Part shown: in pieces, positions 9,541-18,415 of the stretch
How positions within the stretch are numbered: the first letter of the stretch is position 1
Layout: the number at the start of each line of letters is the position of its first letter
Assembly (NCBI GenBank): GCA_023260695.1
Contig: JALQUR010000438.1
Coordinates: 1,448 to 65,447, forward strand
Direction of reading: 5' to 3'
Length of the DNA: 64,000 nucleotides
From: Planctomycetaceae bacterium
Lineage (GTDB): Bacteria > Planctomycetota > Planctomycetia > Planctomycetales > Planctomycetaceae
The notes under the pieces: generated by a model
Database searches by the model: none
Seen by the model: the letters and a program-made list of their open reading frames with translations, nothing else
Told to the model about the DNA's origin: nothing
Made by a program: the position numbers and the translations under genes

Positions 9541-10074
9541 TCAGGAATCCGTCTGCAACAACTGCAGCTGAGCGGTAATCGCAGCTCCTGCGGACAGAGT
9601 CTGGTAAACAACGCAATAGCGTTCCGTCAGTGACAGCAGTTTCTGCAGTTGCTCCTCTGCCGCGTCAGACCGCACCTGAAAGACCAGCTGCAGGCTCTGG
9701 ATCCCGACCGGCACATCACGATCAACCCCCATGGTGCCTCGAAAATCCATCACTGCCGACGCCACGATCCGACAACTGAAGATGCGCAGATCCATTGCGG
9801 TGGCTACCGCAGCAAATGTGGTTCCGGCACAGGTAACCAATGCCTGCAGGAGCAGTTCTCCGGAACAGGCCATCATCCCGTTTCCTGCTGCAGCCGGATG
9901 CAGCCCCGCAAGCAGTTCTCGCCCGTCATTGACCAGCAGCGGAACCCGACAGCCGATCCGTTTGAAGTCCACCACGCCTTCCGCTGTGAGTGTAATCAGG
10001 GCGGTTTCCGGTCGCTCGGAATAAAGTTGCTTCAATGGTGCCTGAAGCTCGCGCAGTTGCCTCTGGTCCGGCAT
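9541..10074 (-). CDS. OsmC-family protein
   Basis: I trimmed the start to the ATG at 10074 (MPDQRQLRE...), which is preceded by AAGGAAG. The size and the pattern GLHPAAAGNG..ACSGELLLQALVTCAG...ERYCVV resemble the OsmC/Ohr fold with two Cys. Confidence 0.75.
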   Translation of the reverse strand: MPDQRQLRELQAPLKQLYSERPETALITLTAEGVVDFKRIGCRVPLLVNDGRELLAGLHPAAAGNGMMACSGELLLQALVTCAGTTFAAVATAMDLRIFSCRIVASAVMDFRGTMGVDRDVPVGIQSLQLVFQVRSDAAEEQLQKLLSLTERYCVVYQTLSAGAAITAQLQLLQTDS

Positions 10075-10413
10075 GAATTCTTCCTTCTGGAAAATCAGAT
10101 CCACTGTCAGCAATTTCGCAGCCGGCAGAGTACCGCCTGAACAACCTCTCAACTACTCGAAACCACGGACGAATCAGCTGAATTCTGTGACTCTCCCGGC
10201 TGCAGCAAATGAGAATATGAGGGTTGTGCGGCGATGTTTATGCTAGTATTCCACGGTGCGTACCTGTCGACCGGGAACACACCTGTCGGAGCGGTTTCAG
10301 ACAGGCTCTGATCGAACCAGTCCGGACACAAATCTCGACGCAAATGAATTTCGTAACACAGTTTTCCGACGACAGATCTGACTGTCCTCGACTTCACCGC
10401 TGAGCAGGATGCA

Positions 10414-11541
10414 ATGAATACACCGAAAAAAAAGCAATACTGGGTCGGCTTCGATCTCGGCGGTACAAAGATGATGGCGGTGGTCTTCGACAGCGATCTG
10501 CAGGAAGTTGCTCGAAAGAAGCGAAAAACTCGCACGAAAAGCGGTGAAAAAGTCGGGCTGGACCGGATTGAAGAAACACTGCATTCAGCACTTGCTGAAG
10601 CCAGTGTGAACCTGAGCGACGTAGCGGGAATCGGAATCGGTATTCCCGGGCCGCTGAACCCCGTAAACGGTATCGTTCTGGAAGCAACGAATCTGGGCTG
10701 GAAGAATCTCCCGCTGCGAAAACAGCTGCAGGAAAAATTCGGGCGGCCGGTTGAAATCTGCAATGACGTTGATGCTGGAGTCTTCGGAGAATATCTGCGT
10801 GGAGCAGGAACCGGATGCCGCTCGCTGCTCGGCATGTTCCCGGGGACGGGCATTGGGGGCGGATTTGTCTATGAAGGCCGCATCTTTCATGGCACAAGAG
10901 CGACCTGCATGGAAGTCGGGTATCTGCAGATGGCAACCGAAGGCTCCGCTGCAGGCGTCGGCCCGGTGGGTACACTCGAAGGTCTTGCCAGCCGACTGGC
11001 GATTGCCGCTGAGGCTGCCAAGGCTGTGTTCCGCGGACAGGCTCCGAATCTGCAGGCCATCGCTGGTACCGACATATCAAAAATCAGAAGTTCTGCTCTT
11101 CGCAAATCCATTGCAGAGGGAGACAAATCCATCGAGAAGATCGTCCGTCGTTCGGCAGAACAGGTTGGACGCGGAATCGGTTCACTGATCAATATCCTGG
11201 CCCCTGACCGCGTCATCCTTGGCGGCGGTCTGGTGGAAGCCATGCCCGAATTGTATATCGACAGCGTCAAAAAAGGGCTCAGACGCAATGTCCTCCCGGC
11301 CCTGGTCGACTATGCCGAAATTGTGGTCAGCAGACTCGGCGATCTTGCGGCGGCTGTGGGTGCTGCAGGGCTCGTTCGTCAGAGTGTGACATCCGTGTCG
11401 CCGCAGGAATCCAGCCTCTCACAGCAGCCGGCAATCTCGCCGCACACCGCCCTCGCATTGCAGCCGCCGACCCCGGCAGATGAAGCTGAGCCCACCGCAG
11501 AACAAGTAGTCAGTCCGGACTCTGAGGACGACCAGTCATGA
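10414..11541 (+). CDS. ROK-family sugar kinase (glucokinase-like; candidate polyphosphate glucokinase)
   Basis: N-terminal ASKHA motif is VGFDLGGTKM. ROK glycine-rich block is GTGIGGGFVYEGRIFHG....MEVGY. There is a C-terminal low-complexity tail of about 55 aa. The stop codon overlaps the ppx start (ATGA at 11538-11541). Confidence 0.8.
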   Translation: MNTPKKKQYWVGFDLGGTKMMAVVFDSDLQEVARKKRKTRTKSGEKVGLDRIEETLHSALAEASVNLSDVAGIGIGIPGPLNPVNGIVLEATNLGWKNLPLRKQLQEKFGRPVEICNDVDAGVFGEYLRGAGTGCRSLLGMFPGTGIGGGFVYEGRIFHGTRATCMEVGYLQMATEGSAAGVGPVGTLEGLASRLAIAAEAAKAVFRGQAPNLQAIAGTDISKIRSSALRKSIAEGDKSIEKIVRRSAEQVGRGIGSLINILAPDRVILGGGLVEAMPELYIDSVKKGLRRNVLPALVDYAEIVVSRLGDLAAAVGAAGLVRQSVTSVSPQESSLSQQPAISPHTALALQPPTPADEAEPTAEQVVSPDSEDDQS

Positions 11542-13157
11542 GCAGTCGCAGTGCAGCTGAACCCGATGATCCCTCAAAGGCGGAAGACCAGTCCTCCGAC
11601 CAGCTCGGTATCCGACAGTTCTTTCCGCTTGCCGTCATCGAACTCGGAACCACAGCTATTCGCATGGCGATCGGGGAATCGGACGGCCGCAGCGAGGTCC
11701 GCGTGCTGGAACAGCTCGTTCATGGCGTCAGCCTTGGCAAGGACACTTACACTGCGGGAGAAATTCATCGCAAGACACTGCAGGAGTGCATTCGAGTACT
11801 CCGTGGTTATCGTCGCAAGCTGAAGGAATACCAGTGCGACGACCCACGGCATATTCGTGTGATTGCCACCAGTGCGATTCGTGAAGCATCCAACCGACTG
11901 GCAATCCTCGATCGCATTTTCATCGCAACAGGCTTCGCGGTTGAAATCATCGATGATGCCGAAATCTCCCGGGTGACCTACCAGGGTATTCGACCGCTTC
12001 TGCCCGAATCCGCCGTCTCTGAGAACCGCACAACAGTCGTTGTGGAAGTTGGAGGTGGAAGTACGGAAGTGCTGGTGCTGCGTGGAAAGGATATCCTTTA
12101 TTCTCAGCCCTGCCGACTGGGATCGCTCCGGCTGCAGCAGCAGCTTCCCAAGACCTCAGCGCCCCGCCGCGAGTTTGCCAGCATCATGTCCGGACAAATT
12201 CAGCGAGCCCTCGAACCACTGCTCGACAGTATTCCGGAGAACCATCCGACCGACGTCATCACGCTCGGTGGAGACATGCGATTTGCCGCAAGACTCCTCA
12301 ACGTCGAACCTGCCCAGGATGGACTGCGGAGTATCTCAGTGGCAGAACTCAAGGCATTGCTGCAGCGACTGCAGCCGATGCCGGTCGACTGGATCATGCA
12401 GGAGTTCCACATTGAACTGTCCCAGGCTGAGACCCTGGTTCCGGCACTGATGGCAAATCTGAAACTCGCCGAACTGCTCAGCGTTGACCGCCTGCTGATC
12501 ACAGGTTTCAACCTGCGTGACGCACTGCTCCGCGGAATGGTGAGCAGCAGTGAGTGGTCTGCTGATTTCCGTGAACAGATCATCAACTCATCACTCGAAC
12601 TCGCCCGCCGCTGCCACACTGATCTCGTCCACGCGACACATGTTGCCGAACTGTCAGTACGGCTGTTTCGCGCATTGCAGCCGCAGCACTCGATGGACTC
12701 CCGCTGTGAGACTATGCTCTACATTGCAGCCCTGCTGTGTCGCATCGGGATGTTCGTCGGGATCTCAGGATATCACAAGCACTCCTTCTATCTGATCCTG
12801 CACAGTGAGTTATTCGGGCTGAACTCCCGTGACCAGACCCTGGTTGCCCTGATTGCCCGCTACCATCGCCGGGCAGCGCCCAGACCTTCCCACGAGGCAT
12901 TCACACAACTGGACCGGGAAAGTCGTGTGACGGTGACCAGGCTGGCCGCAATTCTTCGCATTGCAGATGCGCTTGATCAGACGGGCACACAGAGGATTGC
13001 TGACATTACCTGTTCGATCGAAAACAACCGCCTGACCGTGACTCCAACGCGAGTCGCCGGAGATCTTTCGCTGGAACGGATGGAATTGCAGCGCAAGGTC
13101 GCATTGTTTGAAGACACTTTTGGACTTGAGGTTCTGCTCCGGGAACCACAAGGCTGA
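11538..13157 (+). CDS. ppx: exopolyphosphatase / Ppx-GppA family phosphatase with C-terminal HD-like domain
   Basis: AVIELGTTAIRMAI and VVEVGGGSTEV are ASKHA phosphate motifs of Ppx/GppA. A C-terminal helical domain contains HATHVAE.... Confidence 0.88.
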   Translation: MSSRSAAEPDDPSKAEDQSSDQLGIRQFFPLAVIELGTTAIRMAIGESDGRSEVRVLEQLVHGVSLGKDTYTAGEIHRKTLQECIRVLRGYRRKLKEYQCDDPRHIRVIATSAIREASNRLAILDRIFIATGFAVEIIDDAEISRVTYQGIRPLLPESAVSENRTTVVVEVGGGSTEVLVLRGKDILYSQPCRLGSLRLQQQLPKTSAPRREFASIMSGQIQRALEPLLDSIPENHPTDVITLGGDMRFAARLLNVEPAQDGLRSISVAELKALLQRLQPMPVDWIMQEFHIELSQAETLVPALMANLKLAELLSVDRLLITGFNLRDALLRGMVSSSEWSADFREQIINSSLELARRCHTDLVHATHVAELSVRLFRALQPQHSMDSRCETMLYIAALLCRIGMFVGISGYHKHSFYLILHSELFGLNSRDQTLVALIARYHRRAAPRPSHEAFTQLDRESRVTVTRLAAILRIADALDQTGTQRIADITCSIENNRLTVTPTRVAGDLSLERMELQRKVALFEDTFGLEVLLREPQG

Positions 13158-13237
13158 AATCAGTTGCCGGACACCAGTCAGAATTCGTCAGTATCCAGTT
13201 TCTACATCCCTCTTTCTGTAAATCTGCGGATCAGCGC

Positions 13238-15361
13238 ATGTCAGATTTTGAACCAGTTTTTATGAATCGGGAACTCAGCTGGCTGGAGTTCAATCAGAGA
13301 GTGCTGGATGAGGCTTCTGACAGCACTGTCCCGCTTGTGGAGCGGTTGCGGTTTCTCGCCATTACCGCATCAAACCTCGATGAATTCTTCATGGTACGTA
13401 TCGGCAGCCTGCTGGGCAGCATTCGCAACGGCAGTACGGCGATCGATCCGTCGGGACTGACACCACTGCAGCAGCTGCAGGCAATCCGTGAACGCGCCGA
13501 ACAGATGTGTGCAGACCAGTACCGAGTTTTTCTCAGCCAGATTGAGCCGGAACTGGATTCCGAAGGCCTGCAGCATCGACGTGCGGAGCAGCTGAGTAAT
13601 GACCAGCAGCAGTTTCTTGAAAAGGTATTTACCGAACAGCTGGAAGCCATCCTGACACCTGTGGCGATACACGATCCCAATCGATTCCCGCTGCTCACCG
13701 GCCGCACCATGAATATTGCCGTGCAGTTGCTGGGCGACTCGGAAGAGCAGCCGTTTCGATTTGCCGTGATTCCCTTCGGTCGCTACAGAAATCGCATCGT
13801 CACCCTGCCCTCCGATCGTGGATTTGAGTTCATTCTGACCGAAGAACTGGTGGAACTGTTCGCAGCACGTTTCTTCCCCGGGCAGACCGTTGTTGCCACC
13901 GCACCCTTTCGAATCACTCGCAATGCCGATGTCACCGTCTCCGAGCACGACGGCGCTGACCTGCTGGAAGAAATGGAAGATGTCCTTGAAGATCGCAAGG
14001 ACAGTTTCGTGACTCGACTCGAAGTTGCCGAAAAGGCAACTGAGCCGCTGCAGCAGTTTCTGCGGTCACTGCTGAAGGTGGGACGCAACGAAACGTATGT
14101 CTGCCCCGGGCCCGTGGGGTTCAGTGATCTGGGACAACTGGCGGAATACAGCGGACGAGACGGTCTGGTCTATCCGACCTGGAAACCGTGCGCCTCACCG
14201 GAGTTCGACGTAACGGAATCCATCTTTGAGACCATTCGTTCCGGTGATCAGCTGTTGCACCATCCGTACGAGTCCTTCGAACCAATGCTGCGACTGTTGT
14301 CCGAAGCTGCCGACGATCGCGATGTTGTCGCAATCAAGCAGACGCTTTATCGCACCAGCTCTGCCAGCCCGATTGTACGCTCACTGATCAGAGCTGCAGA
14401 AAATGGCAAGAACGTGACCGTGATCGTGGAACTCAAGGCCCGCTTCGACGAAGCCCGAAATATTGAATGGGCCAGACAACTGGAGTACAGCGGAGCGCAG
14501 GTGATCTATGGCGTGAAGGGGCTCAAGACTCATGCCAAATGCTGTATTGTCGTCCGCCGGGAGCCGCACGGTTTTCAGCGTTACTGCCACTTCGGCACCG
14601 GTAATTACAATGAGCAGACAGCCCGCTTCTATACGGACCTGAGTCTGCTCACCTGTGATCGTGAACTGGGCAATGATGCCATCGCATGGTTCAACGCCAT
14701 CTGTGGCGCATCACAGATTCAGCGTTTCTCACAGCTGGATTCAGCCCCGATCGGGCTGCGAGAAAAACTGCTGCAGATGATCAGTGTCGAAACAGAACGA
14801 GCTCGAAACGGCGACCGAGCCCAGATTCTGCTCAAGCTCAATTCGCTGGCCGATCCTCAGATGATCGAAGCCCTGTGCAAAGCGTCTCAGGCGGGTGTAA
14901 AGATCAGCCTGAATATTCGTGGGATCTGCTGCCTGAAACCCGGAATCCCCGGCTACAGCGAGAATATCCGGATCGTCAGCATCATCGATCGCTTTCTGGA
15001 ACATGCACGCATCCTGTACTTCCATCACGGTGGCGATGAACGCGTTTTCATCTCCAGCGCTGACTGGATGTCCCGCAATCTCGATCGCCGAGTTGAACTG
15101 CTGATCCCGGTTCTGGACCAGCAGTGCCGCAAGAAGGCCCTCGAAATCCTGCGGACTGCTTTTCGAGACAGTGTCCGAGGGAGAGAACTGGATTCCAAAG
15201 GTTCGTACTCTCCCCCGCGGCATCGTGACCAGGAAGCAGCTCCCGGACAAAAACGACGCATTCGCTGCCAGCTGGAATTTCAGCAGCGAGCTCTGAACCG
15301 AATGGCTTCCGATGCTGAATTCAACCGCACCACATTTGTTCCGGTACAACCGGATCAATGA
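13238..15361 (+). CDS. ppk1: polyphosphate kinase 1
   Basis: The N-terminus FMNRELSWLEFNQRVLDEA matches the PPK1 N-domain. GLKTHAKCCIVVRRE contains the autophosphorylated His motif. Length is 707 aa. Confidence 0.95.
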   Translation: MSDFEPVFMNRELSWLEFNQRVLDEASDSTVPLVERLRFLAITASNLDEFFMVRIGSLLGSIRNGSTAIDPSGLTPLQQLQAIRERAEQMCADQYRVFLSQIEPELDSEGLQHRRAEQLSNDQQQFLEKVFTEQLEAILTPVAIHDPNRFPLLTGRTMNIAVQLLGDSEEQPFRFAVIPFGRYRNRIVTLPSDRGFEFILTEELVELFAARFFPGQTVVATAPFRITRNADVTVSEHDGADLLEEMEDVLEDRKDSFVTRLEVAEKATEPLQQFLRSLLKVGRNETYVCPGPVGFSDLGQLAEYSGRDGLVYPTWKPCASPEFDVTESIFETIRSGDQLLHHPYESFEPMLRLLSEAADDRDVVAIKQTLYRTSSASPIVRSLIRAAENGKNVTVIVELKARFDEARNIEWARQLEYSGAQVIYGVKGLKTHAKCCIVVRREPHGFQRYCHFGTGNYNEQTARFYTDLSLLTCDRELGNDAIAWFNAICGASQIQRFSQLDSAPIGLREKLLQMISVETERARNGDRAQILLKLNSLADPQMIEALCKASQAGVKISLNIRGICCLKPGIPGYSENIRIVSIIDRFLEHARILYFHHGGDERVFISSADWMSRNLDRRVELLIPVLDQQCRKKALEILRTAFRDSVRGRELDSKGSYSPPRHRDQEAAPGQKRRIRCQLEFQQRALNRMASDAEFNRTTFVPVQPDQ

Positions 15362-15379
15362 GCCGGAAGGAGTATCCTC

Positions 15380-16126
15380 ATGCCTCGATTTGCTGTCATT
15401 CTGCCGGCTGCAGGGCAAAGCTCCCGCATGCAAGGACTACAGCGCAAGAAACCGTTCACGGAACTGAAAGGACGCCCTGTCTGGGTCAGAACCGCTGAGG
15501 TGTTTCTGCGTCGCGAAGATGTCTGCCAGGTCATCCTCGTCGTCCCGCCTGATGACCTTGAGTGGTTTCAGGAGACCTTTCGGGCCAATCTTGCGTTCAT
15601 GTCCATCCAGATCTGTACCGGCGGCGCAACGCGTGCTGACAGCGTTCGGAATGGTCTGCAGCAGGTTGGCAGTGAGGCGGATTTCATTGCTGTCCACGAT
15701 GCGGCTCGACCGCTGCTGACAACCATGTGGGTCGATCAGATATTCGCTGCAGCGGCTCGACACGGTGCCGCCATCCCGGGGCTGCGAATCACCAGTACCG
15801 TCAAGAAAGTTGATGCTCAGGGGATCATTCAGCAGACAGTCGATCGCACTGGACTTGTTCAGGCTCAGACCCCTCAGGTCTTTCGACGGGAACTGCTGGA
15901 GCAGGCGTATCAGCAGGTGCAGAACCCCGAACTGGCGACGGATGAAGCATCACTGCTCCAAAGCTGCGGCTGCCCGGTGCATGTGATTGAGGGCTGGCCA
16001 CAGAACATCAAGCTGACCACAGCGGAAGATTTTCGGCTGGCAGAGCTGCTGATCGCCTCCGTGCAGCGCAAGGAAGCTGGCGGAGGACTGCTGGAAAGCC
16101 TGTCGCGACTGACACCGGATGAATGA
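15380..16126 (+). CDS. ispD: 2-C-methyl-D-erythritol 4-phosphate cytidylyltransferase
   Basis: AVILPAAGQSSRM (the P-loop-like IspD motif), VHDAARP and AQTPQVF are present. GGAAGGAG precedes the ATG. Confidence 0.9.
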   Translation: MPRFAVILPAAGQSSRMQGLQRKKPFTELKGRPVWVRTAEVFLRREDVCQVILVVPPDDLEWFQETFRANLAFMSIQICTGGATRADSVRNGLQQVGSEADFIAVHDAARPLLTTMWVDQIFAAAARHGAAIPGLRITSTVKKVDAQGIIQQTVDRTGLVQAQTPQVFRRELLEQAYQQVQNPELATDEASLLQSCGCPVHVIEGWPQNIKLTTAEDFRLAELLIASVQRKEAGGGLLESLSRLTPDE

Positions 16127-16163
16127 TGCATCCGCATCAGAATCGCCCCCCCCTTGCAATTGC

Positions 16164-17237
16164 TCAGAATCCCGCCAGCAGCCAGTCGACGATTCGCCAG
16201 TCCATCCAGCGACGGTCAGGATCAACACCCGATCGACCGATGTATCCCAGGTGCCCGCCCGCGGATGTCACCGTCAGCTGCACATGCTGCGGGCGAGAAG
16301 CCTCCAGCAGCGGCTCTGGATTCACCACCGGATCATCCGCTGCGGCCAGAATCTGTACAGGTACTGAAATCTGGTGGATCACAGTGCAGGCAGAGGCTTT
16401 GCTGTAATAGTCTTCAGCAGAACTGAAGCCCGATGCCGGTGCCGTAAACAAATCATCAAATTCCAGCAGCCCCTGAGGATTCCGCACGGACTGCACCAGC
16501 GGCAGATGCTCTTTCCAGAGCCTGGTTCCAATGATCTGCCGACGCAGCTTTCTGCAGAAGTAGCGATCATAGAATCTTCCGCCAGCAGTTTTCTGCAGAC
16601 AACGAACACTTGCCAGCAGATCGACGGGAGGGCACACAGCAATCCCCTGACGAACAGCTGCAGCTACTCCCGCTGGATTTTCCCCGAGATATCGCAGCAG
16701 AGTGTTACCGCTGACCGAAAAACCAACGACAGCAAGCGGGGAATCGGGACAGAGAGACACCGCCAGCTCCACCGCGGCGGCTACATCTTCGGTGCGGCCA
16801 GCGTGAAAAGGCCGATCGGCAAGCTCCGCACCAGCTCCACAACCGCGATGATTCAGACGGAGGACGCGGACTCCTCTGTCATTCAGTTTTGCAGCCAGAC
16901 GCAGCATGTAACCGGATTCTGACGAACCTGCCAGTCCATGCAGCAACAGCACCACGGGACATCCTTTATTCCAGCTGAGCGGAGTATTGTCACACAGGAC
17001 AAGCTGGTCACCATCCGCAAGTCGCAGTCGCCGCTGACGAGTTCCATTGAGGGCAGCTCGACCACCCAGAACAGAACCGAGAATCGTCTGATGGTGTGCG
17101 CTGCCAAGCAGCGCAGCCGGCAGAAATTCGCTCGAAGCTGTGCCCCTGTCTGTGACAGACGGCAACGGATCAGACCATCGATTCACTGCGCGATCGGCAG
17201 CCCGCTGCAACCCATCCGCATCGTCCTTTCGTTCCAT
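16164..17237 (-). CDS. alpha/beta-fold hydrolase (YheT-like)
   Basis: LLLHGLAGSSESGYM is present. Nucleophile elbow is GFSVSGN. Late AADDPVV and GGHLGY fit a Ser-Asp-His triad. Confidence 0.8.
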   Translation of the reverse strand: MERKDDADGLQRAADRAVNRWSDPLPSVTDRGTASSEFLPAALLGSAHHQTILGSVLGGRAALNGTRQRRLRLADGDQLVLCDNTPLSWNKGCPVVLLLHGLAGSSESGYMLRLAAKLNDRGVRVLRLNHRGCGAGAELADRPFHAGRTEDVAAAVELAVSLCPDSPLAVVGFSVSGNTLLRYLGENPAGVAAAVRQGIAVCPPVDLLASVRCLQKTAGGRFYDRYFCRKLRRQIIGTRLWKEHLPLVQSVRNPQGLLEFDDLFTAPASGFSSAEDYYSKASACTVIHQISVPVQILAAADDPVVNPEPLLEASRPQHVQLTVTSAGGHLGYIGRSGVDPDRRWMDWRIVDWLLAGF

Positions 17238-17284
17238 CGATCCTCCAGCAGACTCATTCTGAGTTCTGATCTGTCGTCAGCGTT

Positions 17285-17297
17285 GTGCTGTTCGCAG
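17285..17297. promoter_or_regulatory. isolated exact copy of the GTGCTGTTCGCAG core of the 54.2-kb repeat array
   Basis: The 13-mer gtgctgttcgcag at 17285-17297 is identical to 54241-54253. In both places an acccgat follows within 2-8 nt. It lies in the 104-nt gap between the dus stop and the hydrolase start. Confidence 0.3.
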
Positions 17298-17340
17298 CCG
17301 TGAACCCGATTCGTGTATTCTGAGCAGTGCCATCCCCCGC

Positions 17341-18411
17341 TCAACCGGGCGTACTCACCGGTCCAGCGGTCGAACGCTGATTCAGATGACCGGGATGTTC
17401 CGGGAATCGACCGCAGCCGTCATCCGCATACCAGTTCTGCAGCACGCGATCCCAGTCGGCTTCTGTGCGAACGGTCAGAAAACTCTCCCGCACGGCATTA
17501 TCATGCGGGTGCCACGCTGCATAGAACAGGCAGAACTTTCGGACCTGCCGCAGATACTGCTCAGCCGGCAGCACCTGCCGCGCCAGTTCGAGGTGCCGCT
17601 GCAGCACATTTCTCTGTTCATGAACAGTCGGCGGTTCCGGCAGCGGTTGCCCGTTCAGCAGAGCCCGACTGTGTGCAAAGATCCAGGGATTCCCAATGGC
17701 CCCTCGAGCCGCAGTGACGCCATCCACACCGGTTGTGCGAATCATTCGCACACAATCCTCTGCAGTAAACAGGTCTCCGCTTCCGAGCAGAGTCATCTGC
17801 GGAAAGCGATCACGTACTTCCCGCAGAAAATCCCAGCGAGATGGCCCCACGTACTTCTGATCGACCGTCCGCCCATGGATGGTGGCCGCAGCAAGTCCGA
17901 GCGATTCCGCAGCAGCAAGAATCTCAAAGAATCGCTGACGACTGGTGTCCGTATCATCTACTCCCCGTCGCATCTTCACCGTCACCGGCTTCTCATCCGG
18001 AACAGCCTCCCGCACACATTGCAGAATCTGAATCGCCGTCGCCGGATCAGCAAGGTGATAACCTCCGCGGCATCTTCCCGATGCACGTTTTGCCGGACAA
18101 CCGAAGTTGATGTCGATCACATCAAAACCGGCATCTGCCATGCATGCGGCTGCTTCCGCAAACTGCTCGGGATCACTGCCCGTCAACTGTGCGGCAACAG
18201 GATGATCCTGCTCCCGAACCAGCAGATGATGCCGTGTCCTTGAGCGATTGCGTAGTTTGTTGACGAAGCTGTCAATCGCCACCTCAGCGATTGTATAGGG
18301 TGCCCCCATTTCTCTCGCCAGCGCACGCATCGGCCAGTCGCTGTAGCCACTGAGCGCAGCCTGCACGACAGGAAGATCCAGTCTGAGATGCCCCAGCCGC
18401 AATGTGTTCAT
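17341..18411 (-). CDS. dus: tRNA-dihydrouridine synthase
   Basis: I trimmed the start to the ATG at 18411 (MNTLRLGHL...). This sits 4 nt after the upstream stop. Dus motifs are AALSGYSDWPMRALA, INFGCPAKR, VTVKMRRG and TIHGRT. Confidence 0.85.
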   Translation of the reverse strand: MNTLRLGHLRLDLPVVQAALSGYSDWPMRALAREMGAPYTIAEVAIDSFVNKLRNRSRTRHHLLVREQDHPVAAQLTGSDPEQFAEAAACMADAGFDVIDINFGCPAKRASGRCRGGYHLADPATAIQILQCVREAVPDEKPVTVKMRRGVDDTDTSRQRFFEILAAAESLGLAAATIHGRTVDQKYVGPSRWDFLREVRDRFPQMTLLGSGDLFTAEDCVRMIRTTGVDGVTAARGAIGNPWIFAHSRALLNGQPLPEPPTVHEQRNVLQRHLELARQVLPAEQYLRQVRKFCLFYAAWHPHDNAVRESFLTVRTEADWDRVLQNWYADDGCGRFPEHPGHLNQRSTAGPVSTPG

Positions 18412-18415
18412 GCCA

